Shown in pieces: positions 1-12,029 of a stretch of DNA of 64,000 nt. How positions within the stretch are numbered: position 1 is the stretch's first letter; every line of letters begins with the position of its first letter. The DNA lies in contig OX597825.1 in the NCBI GenBank assembly GCA_951406725.2, positions 4,712,001-4,776,000 on the forward strand. Direction: 5' to 3'. The notes under the pieces are model-generated. The model searched no databases and had not been told where the DNA came from. It saw nothing but the letters and a program-made list of their open reading frames with translations. The DNA is from Octopus vulgaris (Eukaryota). Position numbers and translations under genes: made by a program.

Positions 1-1377
1 CTGAATGAGCTTCTGTAGGCCACATGCAGGTTTAATCCCTAGTTGTTGGGCATCTGTCTTATTCTGTCTCTGTCTCTTAATGTATAAACCTAAAATCTGT
101 CTAAGTTTGGTCCTAGCTATAGTGAACTGTGCTTCCATGTGGTCATTAGTACGTCTTGGGATGTATACCCTTTTGTTGAAGGGTAATGTTGTTGGATAAA
201 TTCGGTTCATGCAGTAAGTTTTGTCGCATACGTTGAAGAATTGAGTGTCAAAGGGATGGGTATACATGTCAATGGTCTCTCTAGGGTTATCTTCATTATC
301 GTTACTGTTTCCAACATCAGCCTTCCTATTATTATTATCACCATTACCACTACTACTACTACTACTAGTATTCCTATTACCACCACAACTATCACTACTA
401 TCCTCATTACTACTTCTACTGTTACCATCACCACTACTACTACCACTATTATTGTTATTACCTTTATTCCTACCATTGCCATTATTACTATCATCGCTAG
501 TGATATATTCATTGTTCCTGTTTCTGGTATATGTGTTGTTTATATTAGTGTTGGGTTTTATGTCTGTCTGTTGGTCCCTGTCAATCCCCCTGTTGCGGTC
601 GTTATTTTTGTTCCTATGAGTATTGTTATCTGTTTCAAGTCCGCTGACTCCCTGTCCAAGGATCCTGTTGCATTCAACTTTATTCTCCATCGTGACCCCT
701 ATGACACAACTTTTATTCGTGTTTTTGTGACTATGGCTATCTGTGTGTGTGTTTGTGTGTCGGTTCTCCCTATAATTGTTGTTGTTGTTGCTGTTGTATA
801 CGATTTTTCTCTCTCTGTTTGTGTTTTTGTTTTTGTATCTATTGTTTGTGTCTATGCATACATTTTTTCTATTGTTATTGTTGTTGTCGCTGTTAGGGTT
901 CGTGTTGTTGTTGTTGTTGTTGCCGCTGTTAGGGTTCGTGTTGCTTTTGTTGCTACGGTTGTTATTGTTGCGGTCATTATTGTTTGTGTTGTTGTTGCTG
1001 CGGTTAGTGTTTTTCGCGTTGTTGTTGTTGTCGCAAGTGTTGTTGTCATAGTATCTATTTAAATTCCAACGTATTTTTGTGAACGACTTTTCAATCTCGG
1101 ACAGGCATTTGATGGTATTCACTTTACTATACACTGCATACTTTGGTGGTAGTTGAAGTATCGATATTTCATCTGGGTCCGTTGTTACTCCCCCATAGAT
1201 GTTCGCTTCATTGTCTTTATTGAACTCTTCTGGTAGTAGCACATCTTCCATAATAATTCCATTTATTGTATCTGGATACTTCTGCTTTTCTTCCTTTGCG
1301 AGCTCATATTGACGTTTCTGTTTCAACCACGATAACTTCCTCTTAAAATGGATATTGCATAATAAATACACAGGTAA
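1..1377 (-). CDS. Penelope-like retroelement ORF, N-terminal part upstream of the RT, with about 250-aa Asn/Ser-rich insert; runs off left edge
   Basis: Manual reading shows no stop in this minus frame from 1377 to 1 (absent from the ORF track because it has no in-window stop). Translation includes [36 protein letters not shown] and, after the insert, [20 protein letters not shown], which resemble PLE N-terminal motifs preceding the DK(S/G) motif. The RT itself is outside the window. Confidence 0.7.
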
Positions 1378-1861
1378 TTAAAGAAATAGAAATGAATATC
1401 TATATATATGTATATGTGTATATATATGTATATGTATATGTGTATATATGTGTGTATATATGTATATATATATATATATATATATGTATATGTATATGTA
1501 TGTATATATATATATATGTATATGTATATTCTTTTTTTTTTTTTTTTTCTCGATTAGATTTATTATTATTATTACTAGTATTGTTGTTATACATACATAC
1601 AAGCATATGTAATGATAATAATGGGTGGATGTAAACACATGAATAAAATTAGAACAAAAGCAACAACAACAAAAACAAAATACAAATTACAAGAATGTAT
1701 ATAACCAGAAGATACAAATATTACAGGCATCCCCCCCCACACACTAAATAAACATAGACGCACATAGAGATATAAGCATGCGCAAATGAAGACATACAAT
1801 AGAAATACAAAATGGCTGACGGTTAGTAAGGAGAGACACAAGTAAGTGAGAAGAAAACAAA

Positions 1862-1906
1862 GGACCACTGATGCGGTCACAGGAGTGTGACGAAAGAACT
1901 TTGGCC
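1862..1906 (+). ncRNA. Degenerate minimal type I hammerhead ribozyme motif (PLE pLTR type)
   Basis: GGACCA-CTGATGC-G-GTCAC aggagt GTGAC-GAAA-GAAC-TT-TGGCC: perfect 5-bp stem II, but A9 is C and stem I is imperfect. Confidence 0.5.
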
Positions 1907-2076
1907 GAAATAAGATTAAGATTAATGTAAAAAATAAATATCACTGAAGCAAAATAACACCAAATATATAGTGCGTGTGTTTTTATTGGCTAAACTGGCA
2001 ATATGACCATTCCGAAATATAACAATATATGTTTCAACACACGACTTCACATAAAAAATCTTGCACAACAAATATT

Positions 2077-2130
<54 letters not shown>

Positions 2131-2152
2131 CATATGTATATAAATAAATAAT

Positions 2153-2309
2153 GAATGTGGTTGTGTGATAAGAAGCTTACTTCCCAACCACATGGTCTCG
2201 GGTTCAGTACCACCGCGTGACACCTTGGGCCAGTGTTTACTACTATAGCCTCTTGCTAATCAATGTCTTGTGAGTGAATTTGATAGAAGAAATGTGAAAC
2301 AAGTCCGTC

Positions 2310-2312
<3 letters not shown>
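2153..2312 (+). mobile_element. tRNA-derived SINE family 2 (CORE-like), 5' half
   Basis: Head GTGGTTGTGTGATAAG..GGTTCAGTACCAC, CCTTGGGC core; similar to copies at 10048, 47624, 49711 and 52563. Confidence 0.8.
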
Positions 2313-2387
<75 letters not shown>

Positions 2388-2399
2388 ATGTATGTGTAT

Positions 2400-2476
<77 letters not shown>

Positions 2477-2600
2477 AGAGAGAGGTTCAGATGTATATGG
2501 TACTTAAGTTAAGGCACCAGAATTTAGTACGATATTATCCATACAATCTTAAAATAAGGTGATTAAAATCAAAATAAGCAAGAAGTATGTCCAGAGGTAA

Positions 2601-2686
2601 TGCAGTACGATCGTTTCACGCAACTCCATTTAATTGAACAATGCAATCATTACATCAATTTAAATGCAAAACAATCTTCAGCTGCA
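2601..2686 (-). ncRNA. Type I hammerhead ribozyme motif with long stem II, within a probable PLE pLTR remnant (about 2473-2900)
   Basis: Minus strand: TGCAG-CTGAAGA-(about 57 nt incl. CATTTAAATTGA/TCAATTAAATG pairing)-GAAAC-GATC-GTA-CTGCA. Perfect stem I, intact core, palindromic stem III ACGATCGT; base of stem II is mismatched. Confidence 0.65.
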
Positions 2687-3170
2687 CAAAGACAGAATTT
2701 AATTAAATTAAAATAGATGAATACATTAATATAATTTTACCTAAAATCTCCAAGAAGTTAAGAAGATAGACAAAGAACATGTGGCCTTCCCTTCAGCTTA
2801 GAAGCTACTAAGGTATCAGGAAGAAAGACTTGTTATAGATTTTTGCTTGTTACCGTCTTTTATGGGGTCTGTTTTAATTTATAGACTAGTTTTATCAAAT
2901 CCATTTATATCTAGGATTTGATACAAGAAGCAGAAGCAAAAGATAGAGAAAAATTATCCAGAATATGAATCTATGCTATACCATTTAATGATTGCACACA
3001 CACACATGAATGCATATAATACACAAAAACACACACACATCGGTATAGAAATATCCGATACGAATTCCCTATTTGCAAGATAGTTCATAAATGCGTCCTT
3101 GACTCTGTGTATACATATATAAATATATAATATATATAGCGAGAGAGAGACAGAGACAGACAGAGATATC

Positions 3171-3551
3171 GTGGCACTCCGTCGGTTACGATGACGAGGG
3201 TTCTACTTCATCAGATCAACGGAACAGCCTGCTCGTGAAATTAAGGTGCATGTGGCTGAGCACTCCACAGGCAAGTGTATCATTAGCGTAGTTCTCGAGG
3301 ACATTCAGCATGACACAGAGTGTGACAAGGCTGGTCCCTTGAAATACAGGTACAACAGAAACAGGAAGAAAGAGTGAGAGAAAGTTGTGGCGTAAGAGTA
3401 CAGCAAGGTTCGTCATCAATCCCTGCCGGAGCCTCGTGGAACTTTAGGTGTTTTCGCTTAATAAACACTCACAATGCCCGGTCTGGGAATCGAAACGCGA
3501 TCCTATGACCGCGAGTCTGCTGCCTTAACCACTAGTCCAATGCGCCTCCAC
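3171..3551 (-). mobile_element. tRNA-derived SINE family 3, near full length
   Basis: Minus strand starts GTGGAGGCGCATTGGACTAGTGGTTAAGG (A box) .. GTTTCGATTCCC (B box), followed by about 300 nt of non-tRNA body ending CGTAACCGACGGAGTGCCAC. Confidence 0.8.
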
Positions 3552-3662
3552 AGTAGATAGATATATACATACATACATGGCATGCATTTACATACATATA
3601 TATATATAAATATATACACACACACACATACTTATATTGCCATATACATACATACATACATA

Positions 3663-3760
<98 letters not shown>

Positions 3761-3861
3761 CTATACACATATATATATATATTCATTTAAGAAACGAGAC
3801 GGGGGAAATGAGTTAATACAGAGAGATTAAGTTGACAGAAATGGAAGAAATAAAAAAGTAA

Positions 3862-4051
3862 TGGGGCGGGGTAGATAATTGAGATGTCGCATCGCGTCTG
3901 ACAGAGTTAGTGCGAGTTTTAGATAAACAGTATTTGTGTATGGGTGTACACAGAATTAAATGTATTTGTACTTACACAAACACAATTTATACACATTCGT
4001 ACAAACTCTGCCAGACGAGATGCGGCGACTCAATTATCTACCCGTTCCCCA
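3862..4051. mobile_element. Palindromic MITE-like foldback element
   Basis: GGGTAGATAATTGAG / CTCAATTATCTACCC perfect 15-bp inverted repeat; arms stay complementary with mismatches for about 80 bp. Confidence 0.75.
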
Positions 4052-4087
4052 GACACAAAACACACACACACACTAATATATGTGTAC

Positions 4088-4122
<35 letters not shown>

Positions 4123-4449
4123 CAGAGAGAGAGAGGAGAGTGAGATGAACAAAGAAAGCAACCGAGCATATAATTTAAATTTCTGCAGACAGATTTAAGT
4201 TATAGGATAATAAAAAAAAAGAACGACGTGTATTGGTGATGGAAGGGTGACTATCTTGCTGAAGATGACAAAGAAAATAGAAAATGCCGAAGACATATTT
4301 ATGAACCATCACAGTCTTTAATATACGAAGTTGAGCTATGACATTCAGTCTGTAAGTTCCCGGTGTGCAATTCTAGTCTGTTAATCATTGACACAGGAAT
4401 CGAATTAAATGAAAAAAAATAAAGATTTTTTTCTTTATTTTTATTTTCT

Positions 4450-4600
4450 GAAATGTTGTTAGGGCAATTACCTGATGCACAGACTGCCAATATTGTGTTA
4501 GTTGAATTAAATGTTTGAGGGCTGTAAGCCAACTGGGTTTTATCAAGTCTGCCAAATACATTAGCCTTGGAAAACCTTTCAGATGGGCCAGTTTTAATGC
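4450..4600 (-). pseudogene. Possible hAT transposase remnant
   Basis: RLMYLADL resembles the hAT (Charlie/Buster) LAYLADIF motif; little other support. Confidence 0.25.
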
Positions 4601-4636
4601 ATATTTCATTTTCAGATACTTACGAGTTAACAAGAA

Positions 4637-4713
<77 letters not shown>

Positions 4714-5469
4714 ATATACATAGACACTCAGCCACGGCACATCATTGGCAAATTACATTTCGCTGTCACAAACCGTCCGTTAAGAATTTGCTTCATTTTT
4801 GGCTGACGTTCCACGGTACGTTTAAAAATTAATTTCAATTTTGTGTTGACAAGCATAATAGTGAAAATGAACGGAGACATACTGTCGATAGGTCGGTGGC
4901 AAATTTAGGCTTTACTTAACAGCGCCATAAACCACTAAACAGGATATAGTGAAATGAAAAGCGTAAGGGAGAACCGTTACTAACTGCGTTCGAATGCTAC
5001 CTGATCTGAGATTAAGCAAAGAGAAGTTTTATAATCTTGATAAAAAAACGAAATATTTTCTTCGAGGTTTTTTGTTGTAGCTTCCTCCGCGGCCAAAGTG
5101 CAGTCTATGCCTTGAAGAACAAATCTAAGAACGAAACTTGTCTCCTTACTTTCCAGAAATAATCAATACAATACAAAATAATTTATGTAAGATATTAATT
5201 CTAATTTACCGAACAATATTTTTTTGTTGTTGTTGATATTTTAAGCATTAAACATGTTCACATCAACTTCAGTATAACTGAGCACAACTTCAGTATAATT
5301 GAGGATGTAGCTTAAATTCTGTATTATTTTGAAAGATCTTTTCCATTTCGCATTAATGACGGCTTGTAACTTATTTATTATCAAATACAATATATACTAT
5401 TTGTTTTTAAGTTACGAAACAGTTTTTCGTGAGGGGCAAACACAGGCACACACACACACGGGCACATAA

Positions 5470-5516
<47 letters not shown>

Positions 5517-5611
5517 CATATACACATATTCTATTGTATCTGGGGAGAGTCATTCTCTTTCGGTGCCTTATAATTTAACAAACTCACCACTTATTTATTT
5601 TTTTTATTTTT

Positions 5612-5648
5612 CTAAAATTTTCGTTGCGTCTTGCAACCTTTTCAATAG
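5612..5648 (-). ncRNA. Minimal hammerhead motif, U3-A8 core variant, in a short PLE pLTR-like remnant (about 5531-5655)
   Basis: Minus strand: CTA-TTGAAAA-G-GTTGC aagac GCAAC-GAAAATTT-TAG; perfect 5-bp stem II, palindromic stem III, 3-bp stem I. Confidence 0.55.
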
Positions 5649-6751
5649 TTTTGACTCTCTCTTCTCTCTTCCTCAATGTCTCACCCTCATTGTATCTTCA
5701 CCCTCATTCTCACTTCCTTCACACTCTCTCTCTATCTCTCTCTTCCTCCTTCTCTCTCTCTCTCTCTCTCTCTCTTTTTCCCTCACTCTCTTTCGTCGGC
5801 CTCTTTGAATTCCCTCTTGCATCTGTTTTGTCCTGCTGCCCTCGATATACAATGGCTTTACAGCAGCATAAACAGCATCGTGCTTCACCGACACTGGAGG
5901 GTCAGCGAAGACCCGGATGCATCCTCCAGACCAAATTAATGAGGAAAACAAAAAGAGTAAAATACATTCAAAGATGTCATTAGCGAAATATATATCACCG
6001 TACTGCTGTCATAAAATGATCTTTAGTTCTAGACATGTTACATCTACAAATAAATAAACAAATACTAAAAGATAAAAAGCAGACAAAATGGATATTTGAA
6101 AATTAGACTGTTTTATTAGTCATGTGTCTAGACACCATCAATACAGCGTTATATTTTGCTTGTTTTGAGATATAAGAAAACAATAAAGAAATATAGGGGG
6201 GACCATATCACAATCTGAAGAGAGAATTTATTATTTATTAATTATATATTTCGGTTATTTCAACTGTCGTTTATTCATGGATTCGTTCGTACCGACTAAT
6301 TTTGTTCAAATTTTCTATATTTATGTTATTTTGCAATCTAATGACGAAACGAAAATCACGTTGATTTTCCACAGAAATTAGTAATAAAAAGGTTACAAAC
6401 TTCAACGTTTGAAATTTTAGCAATCAAAAAGACCATTTTTGACATACATGAAGTCCAATTTTCATGTGTAGACGATAAGAAAATCAGGGCATTGCGAAAC
6501 CTTGAGAGATTTTTTAAACATAGAAAATCCATAAATTTAAACAAAAAAAATAAAAGCATTATAAAACCACTTTAAAGATGAAAAAATTTGTAGAAATGAA
6601 ATCAAAAATATTATATGACCTTGAAATGTGTAATTAAAAATGTAATTAAAATTAAGGAAATGAAAGAGAGAGAAGAAGTCAACGACAATGAAACTCTGCT
6701 TGGCACTCAAAAAGTCTTTGCAGGTCATTACAATTTTCATACCTATGTCAG

Positions 6752-6860
6752 AAACCTAACCCTAAATACTAAACGCCACTCCTAACCCTAACTTTAGATA
6801 CTAACCCCTAACACTTCTTAAACCTAACCTAAAGATTAGCCCTAAACGCTAAGTCCTAGT
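6752..6860. repeat. Degenerate interstitial (TAACCC)n-like tract
   Basis: Repeated CCTAACCCTAA / CTAACCCCTAA / AACCTAACCTAA units. Confidence 0.6.
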
Positions 6861-6891
6861 CTTGCTCTGTTTTAAATACCTAACTTGTTCA

Positions 6892-7019
6892 GTCGATCCT
6901 GAAAGAATAAAAGGAAAAGTCGACCTCGGTAGCATTTGAACTCAGAACGAATTTATTCGGAAGAAATACTGCTAAATATATTGTCCGGCATCTTCACGAT
7001 TCTGCTATCTCGCCACCTT
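6892..7019 (-). mobile_element. SINE family 1 (tRNA head + Meta-like core), partial
   Basis: Matches the GAAAGGATGAAAGGCAAAGTCGACCTCGGCGGAATTTGAACTCAGAACG consensus seen in many copies in this window. Confidence 0.75.
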
Positions 7020-7329
7020 CTGCGCTAATAATTACAGTAGCAACAGAAACATTGCCAGCAGCAGTCATGAGAGCAACAGTGGTATCCATGGTAACAGATT
7101 ATGCCAGCCATTGACTCCAATCTGATCTCGAAAATTTAATAAATCTTTGTGTTTTAGAATGAGAATGCTTCTTTTCTTTTCTGTTTTGTTTTGTCTTGTT
7201 TTGTTTTGTTTTTTTTTTTTTTGTTTTTTCTTGAGCTGCAAATTGCTTACGCCGTGTTTCTACGATGGAAGCGGATATAGTATTGTTGTTGTTGTAGAAT
7301 TTCTTTGTGTTTCCAACAAGAAATGCTCA

Positions 7330-7860
7330 TATTGTGAAATACTGCTTCAACCGGATGTGCAAAGCTCGAACTGTGTCACAAGCATAATAATCGCCATACT
7401 TGTTACATTGCTGCAGGTAGACAACATCTATGCATCGCCAATTGATTGTGTCACAGATGGAGCTGTTGATGAATATGCTTCGATAGCAGTCGCTGCGGGT
7501 GTGGTTTGTCGGTAAATATTTCTGAAACGGCAAAACGTACGTCGCGTCCTCTGTAAATAGAGCTGCACGTATCAGCCGTTGCCTCTTCGTTGACGTGTGT
7601 GTCTTCAAGAAGTAATTGCTCGTGGATTTTTAAGATGAACTTCGTCTTCATGTTACGGAGCCTTGACCTCGGCCTGATAAAAATTGATTCTCAATGCTTC
7701 TGAGTAATGGTGGTGAGTGGGTAATCCGCTTCCTGGTATTACTGCACTTGTCTTGGATATGGGCGATTTCCTTACGCATGTATCTAGTTTTGGCACAGAT
7801 AGAAAGGGGTGACGTAAAGTATGCCTAGGTCAATGCTGACTGCTTTCACGTAGAAATCAA
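7330..7860 (-). pseudogene. Possible very decayed RTE-type reverse transcriptase remnant
   Basis: LKTHTSTKRQRLIRAALFTEDAT resembles the RTE/BovB motif LRAKTK...IRELLFADDAA; weak support elsewhere. Confidence 0.3.
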
Positions 7861-8167
7861 AATTGGTTTTCCTCTCTTCCTGTGATGCTCAGTAGAAAGT
7901 CGAGAAGTGGCGGGTGCTCGACTGTTTTACCATTTTTGTAAATATTGTATAAGCAGATGATGTGCTGCCTGGGTAGACAAGTAAGACACTGCCAACCCTG
8001 AATAAAATAGATCAATAGTAACATTTTTACCTTTTATGACAAAATATGGACCTAATTCAATAAAATTATGAAGGTTAGTTTGTTTACTATGCAAAAAATG
8101 CAAGATACTTTATATTATATTATACTATATATATAATGTGTCTAGTGGCTACCTATCTATCTATCTA

Positions 8168-8198
<31 letters not shown>

Positions 8199-9410
8199 GT
8201 ATGTACGTATGTGTGTGTGTGTGTGTGTGTGTGTGAGTTTTGTTTGTGAATATATATGTATAGACATACATGATATGTATGTATTATTTAAAAATAAATA
8301 TTTTCTTCACTTATGGAATGCGTTGTATTAATGCACCTTCAATCCGTTCATCGTGTGACTTATTCTTCCTGTGAGGGATGAGGAGTTAGAGTCTCCAGGC
8401 ATCTCCTCCATAGGATCTGTCAGAATCTAAACTCTTTCCTTTTAAAATACTGAAACAGGGATTAATGAAGGACTCTTTAATAAAACTTTATTTTCCGAAA
8501 TAAAAATATTCGCTGTCACATCTATGGAGAAGTTTTAATTTTCTGAGGGAGGAAAAAAAAACGAAATGTCTTCCTTTAACGTTTGCAGTGTAAGATATTT
8601 TTCCTTTTTCCCTTTCATTTCTTTCTGTGTTTTCTTTTTTCTTTTCGTCAGCCTTTTATAAAAGTTTTCTTTCCTTGTGTTTATTGACAACATAACGATA
8701 CCATAGTTTATTGCACTCAAAGATTACTATACTTCAAAACTGTCACCGAGCAAGCTGTTATTATATCTGTTTGTCGGGTACTAAATTAATTCTTACATTA
8801 TTTGCAGCATATGGTTTCACCTACATTATCTTTCCACTCGAGTTTTAAATGTCGGAGTTGATTACCTGAAAATTATCCCTTGTGTGTTTATGGATTCATA
8901 TTTAACATTGCATTAATAGTAGTATTTTTTCTTTTTAGTTTTCCTTTTCGTGTTGATATATTTCAAAGCAAATTCTATTTTCTAGCCAGGCACAGGGAAC
9001 GCCATCATAAAATTTCTCCATTAACAGTTCCGTTATCATTTTACTGTCTACTTATTTTTAATTGAATCTCTTTCTAATCTTTCTCACCTTCTATATCTCT
9101 ACATCTCACGTTTTCATTTTACCTTATTTTCGTTTTTTTTTTATCAAATATGTGGTTTCTAAGCTTTATTTCACTTTATATCCTACCTGTCGACATTTTT
9201 CACTTATCAAAAGATGTTTTACTTCTCAGTAAAGAAAGAAACAACTGAAGCCATTTAATTGACATTGCTGTGAAAATGTAAGCGAGGGACAGGAGAATGA
9301 TCAGATCAGATAGATCGGATCTTAGCAGCATCCAAACTCAACCGTACAGTAGCATACTTTAATTAAGTATAAAAAGCTCTTTTAAAAAATTTTAAATAAT
9401 ATAGTTAGTT

Positions 9411-9693
9411 GTATAACTTCTATTAGTGAAATGTTAAGATAACACCTACAGCCAATAACTTCTGTCTATTAGTGAAACGATAAGTTATGCTTTGTGTTCC
9501 CTTTACTTTGTGGAGACAATTAAGGACAAATTGGGGAATGAACTCAAAGCTTACAACCAATAACTTCTGTCTCTTAGCGAAATGATAAGATATGCTTTGT
9601 GTTCCCTTTATTTTTTGCATGCACAGCTAGCCCTTAAGGATTGTGGAGACAATTAGGAACAAATTGGGGAATGAACTCAAGACTTACAGCCAA
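9411..9693. repeat. Local tandem duplication of an about 105-bp unit (second copy with an insertion)
   Basis: ATAACTTCTGTCT..TATGCTTTGTGTTCCCTTTA..TTGTGGAGACAATTA..ACAAATTGGGGAATGAACTCAA occurs twice. Confidence 0.85.
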
Positions 9694-9721
9694 GTTAATG
9701 GAATGACTTATTAAAAATATT

Positions 9722-9885
9722 ACTTTTAAATTTAGGCACAGGGCCAGTAATTTCGGGAGAGGGAGTAAGACGATTGCATCGACCCCACCAATCGTCTGTT
9801 ATTTATTTTATCGATCCCGAAAGAATGAAAGGCAAAGTCAATCTCAATGGAATTCGAACTCTGAACGTAAAGACAGACAGTATGC
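9722..9885 (-). mobile_element. SINE family 1, 5'-truncated
   Basis: Tail GGCACAGGGCCAG, core TTTATCGATCCCGAAAGAATGAAAGGC, B box. Confidence 0.75.
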
Positions 9886-10047
9886 TTTCAAAGTTGTAAA
9901 AGGATGGGTGCAAGGAGACGTTATACAAGGAAACAAATATACGCATACAAAATGTATAAATACATATACATATTTAAATGCATACACTTAGATGGATAGA
10001 TAGATAAGATAGAGAGATATAGAGAGAGAAACAGACAGACAGACAGA

Positions 10048-10470
10048 CTTTTAACTTTTACCTATTGCGTGCTTCAGTCATTAGACTTCGGCCCTACTGG
10101 GGCACCACCTTGAAGAATTATTAGTCGAATGGATCGACATCAGTATTTATTATCTATTTTATAAGCCTGATACGTATTCTATCGGTCTCTTTTGCCAAAC
10201 AGTTAAGTTACGGGGACGTAAACACACCGGCATCGGTTGTCAATCGGTGGTGGGAGGACAAACACAGACACAATGAGACATACACACACACTCACACACA
10301 TACATATATACGACGGGCTTCTTTCAGTTTCCATCTGCCAAATTCACTTCACTGGGCCTTGGTGGGCCCGAGGCTATAGCAGAAAACACTTGCCCAAGGT
10401 TCCACGCAGTGGGACTGAACTCAGAAGTATGCTGTTGAGAAGCAAGCTTCTTACCACGCAGCCATACCTG
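10048..10470 (-). mobile_element. SINE family 2 (CORE-like), full length with internal (CA/TA)n
   Basis: Colinear with the 49711-50118 and 52563-52973 copies. Confidence 0.85.
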
Positions 10471-10518
10471 TATGTATATATAAGTATATGTATATGTATA
10501 CGTACACACGCACACGCG

Positions 10519-10561
<43 letters not shown>

Positions 10562-11053
10562 GACAGTTTGTTTGTCTCTCTACCTATTATGTGCGTGTAT
10601 ATATTTGTGTGTATGTATGTGTGTTTCTCTGTATTCGTGAGCGCGATCGTGTGTGCACGTATTATGTACGAATGCTGTACATATGTTTAAATTTGCAAAT
10701 ATGTAAGGAAATGTATGCTGTTTATCAATCAATACAGTAAAGATATATGTGTATGTACGAGTATAAATATTTGTCAAGTATACATACATGCGCCTGTATG
10801 TCTTTGAGTACCTGAATGTGTATTGATGCTTTGTATCATTGTTTCAAAATTCTTCTCTTTCTGGTTCGCCTCTTATTCCGTCTACAACCACTATAAACCA
10901 TTTGTAATGAACGTCTTTGTTAGTTCATCACAATAGCTTCCATCTTTTCCCTCCTTTCTTCGCTATAATTTAGTTTTGTGTATACTTAGTTATATATGAG
11001 TGCGTTATATATATATTTGTGTGCCTGTGTATGTGGATGCATATATACATATA

Positions 11054-11122
<69 letters not shown>

Positions 11123-11145
11123 ATATATATATATTCATATATATG

Positions 11146-11183
<38 letters not shown>

Positions 11184-11219
11184 TATATATGTATATATAT
11201 GTATATATATATATATATA

Positions 11220-11259
<40 letters not shown>

Positions 11260-12029
11260 TACTTATATATACATATGCGCATATATACACGCATACATAC
11301 CTATGTGTCCTGCCTTCTTGCGTATTCATTTTTTTCAAAAATACCATTTTGTTTATTCCATGCAACATAATTGTTCACTTCTTGGGATTATGCTTTATAT
11401 TTTCGTCGCAGTCCATGCAGCCACATGTCAATCTTCCAAAAATCTATTGCTCTATTGTATGTGACACTCACAGAATAAGTCGTATAAAAGAGCCAAATTC
11501 CATGAATTTCAAAATAGGTTAAGATGTAGCTTGCAGATCAATAAATCTATTTACATTTGAGAATATAATAAGCCACAGTTAAACTTCTATTCTTCGTTCA
11601 GATTGCGCTTTTAGGGAGAGTCGTATTTGATTTTCGATTTTTTGCTGATTTTTTTTTGTTTATTTATTTGTTTTTTTTTATATTGCCTCAAAATCAATAG
11701 TAGATAAAAATACGTAAAAAAAAACAACCAGAATTGTGATAAAAATATAGGAAGCCACGTAAATATAATATAATAATATTAAAAAAATATTTTATGAAAT
11801 ATAAAACATACAGAAACAAACAAAGAGGTATTCAACACACGAAAATGAAATCAAGAATTCGATAAATAGAATTTATTTTTTGTTAAGGAAAAAATATGAG
11901 AAAGCAAAATGTCGAATAAGAAAAGATAAGAAAATATACTTTATTGTAAAGTTTAAAACTGTTTATTGTGAAGTTTTAATTCACCTTGGTTTCTACTGTA
12001 ATATTATATATGACAGCAGTGATCTCGTA

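Noticed and set aside
241-1062. 273-aa plus-strand ORF, the longest in the track
   Set aside because: Val/Ile/Thr-rich antisense shadow of the Asn-rich minus-strand PLE frame.
2025-2065. GTGAAG..GAAACATATA hammerhead-like string on the minus strand
   Set aside because: Core has several mismatches and there is no convincing stem II.
3470-3551. tRNA-like sequence, as are the other SINE heads
   Set aside because: Continues into a SINE body with no clean cloverleaf or terminator; not a tRNA gene.
5893-5930. GC-rich branched hairpin CTGGAG..GGTC/GACC..CTCCAG
   Set aside because: Short stems are expected by chance; no family motif.
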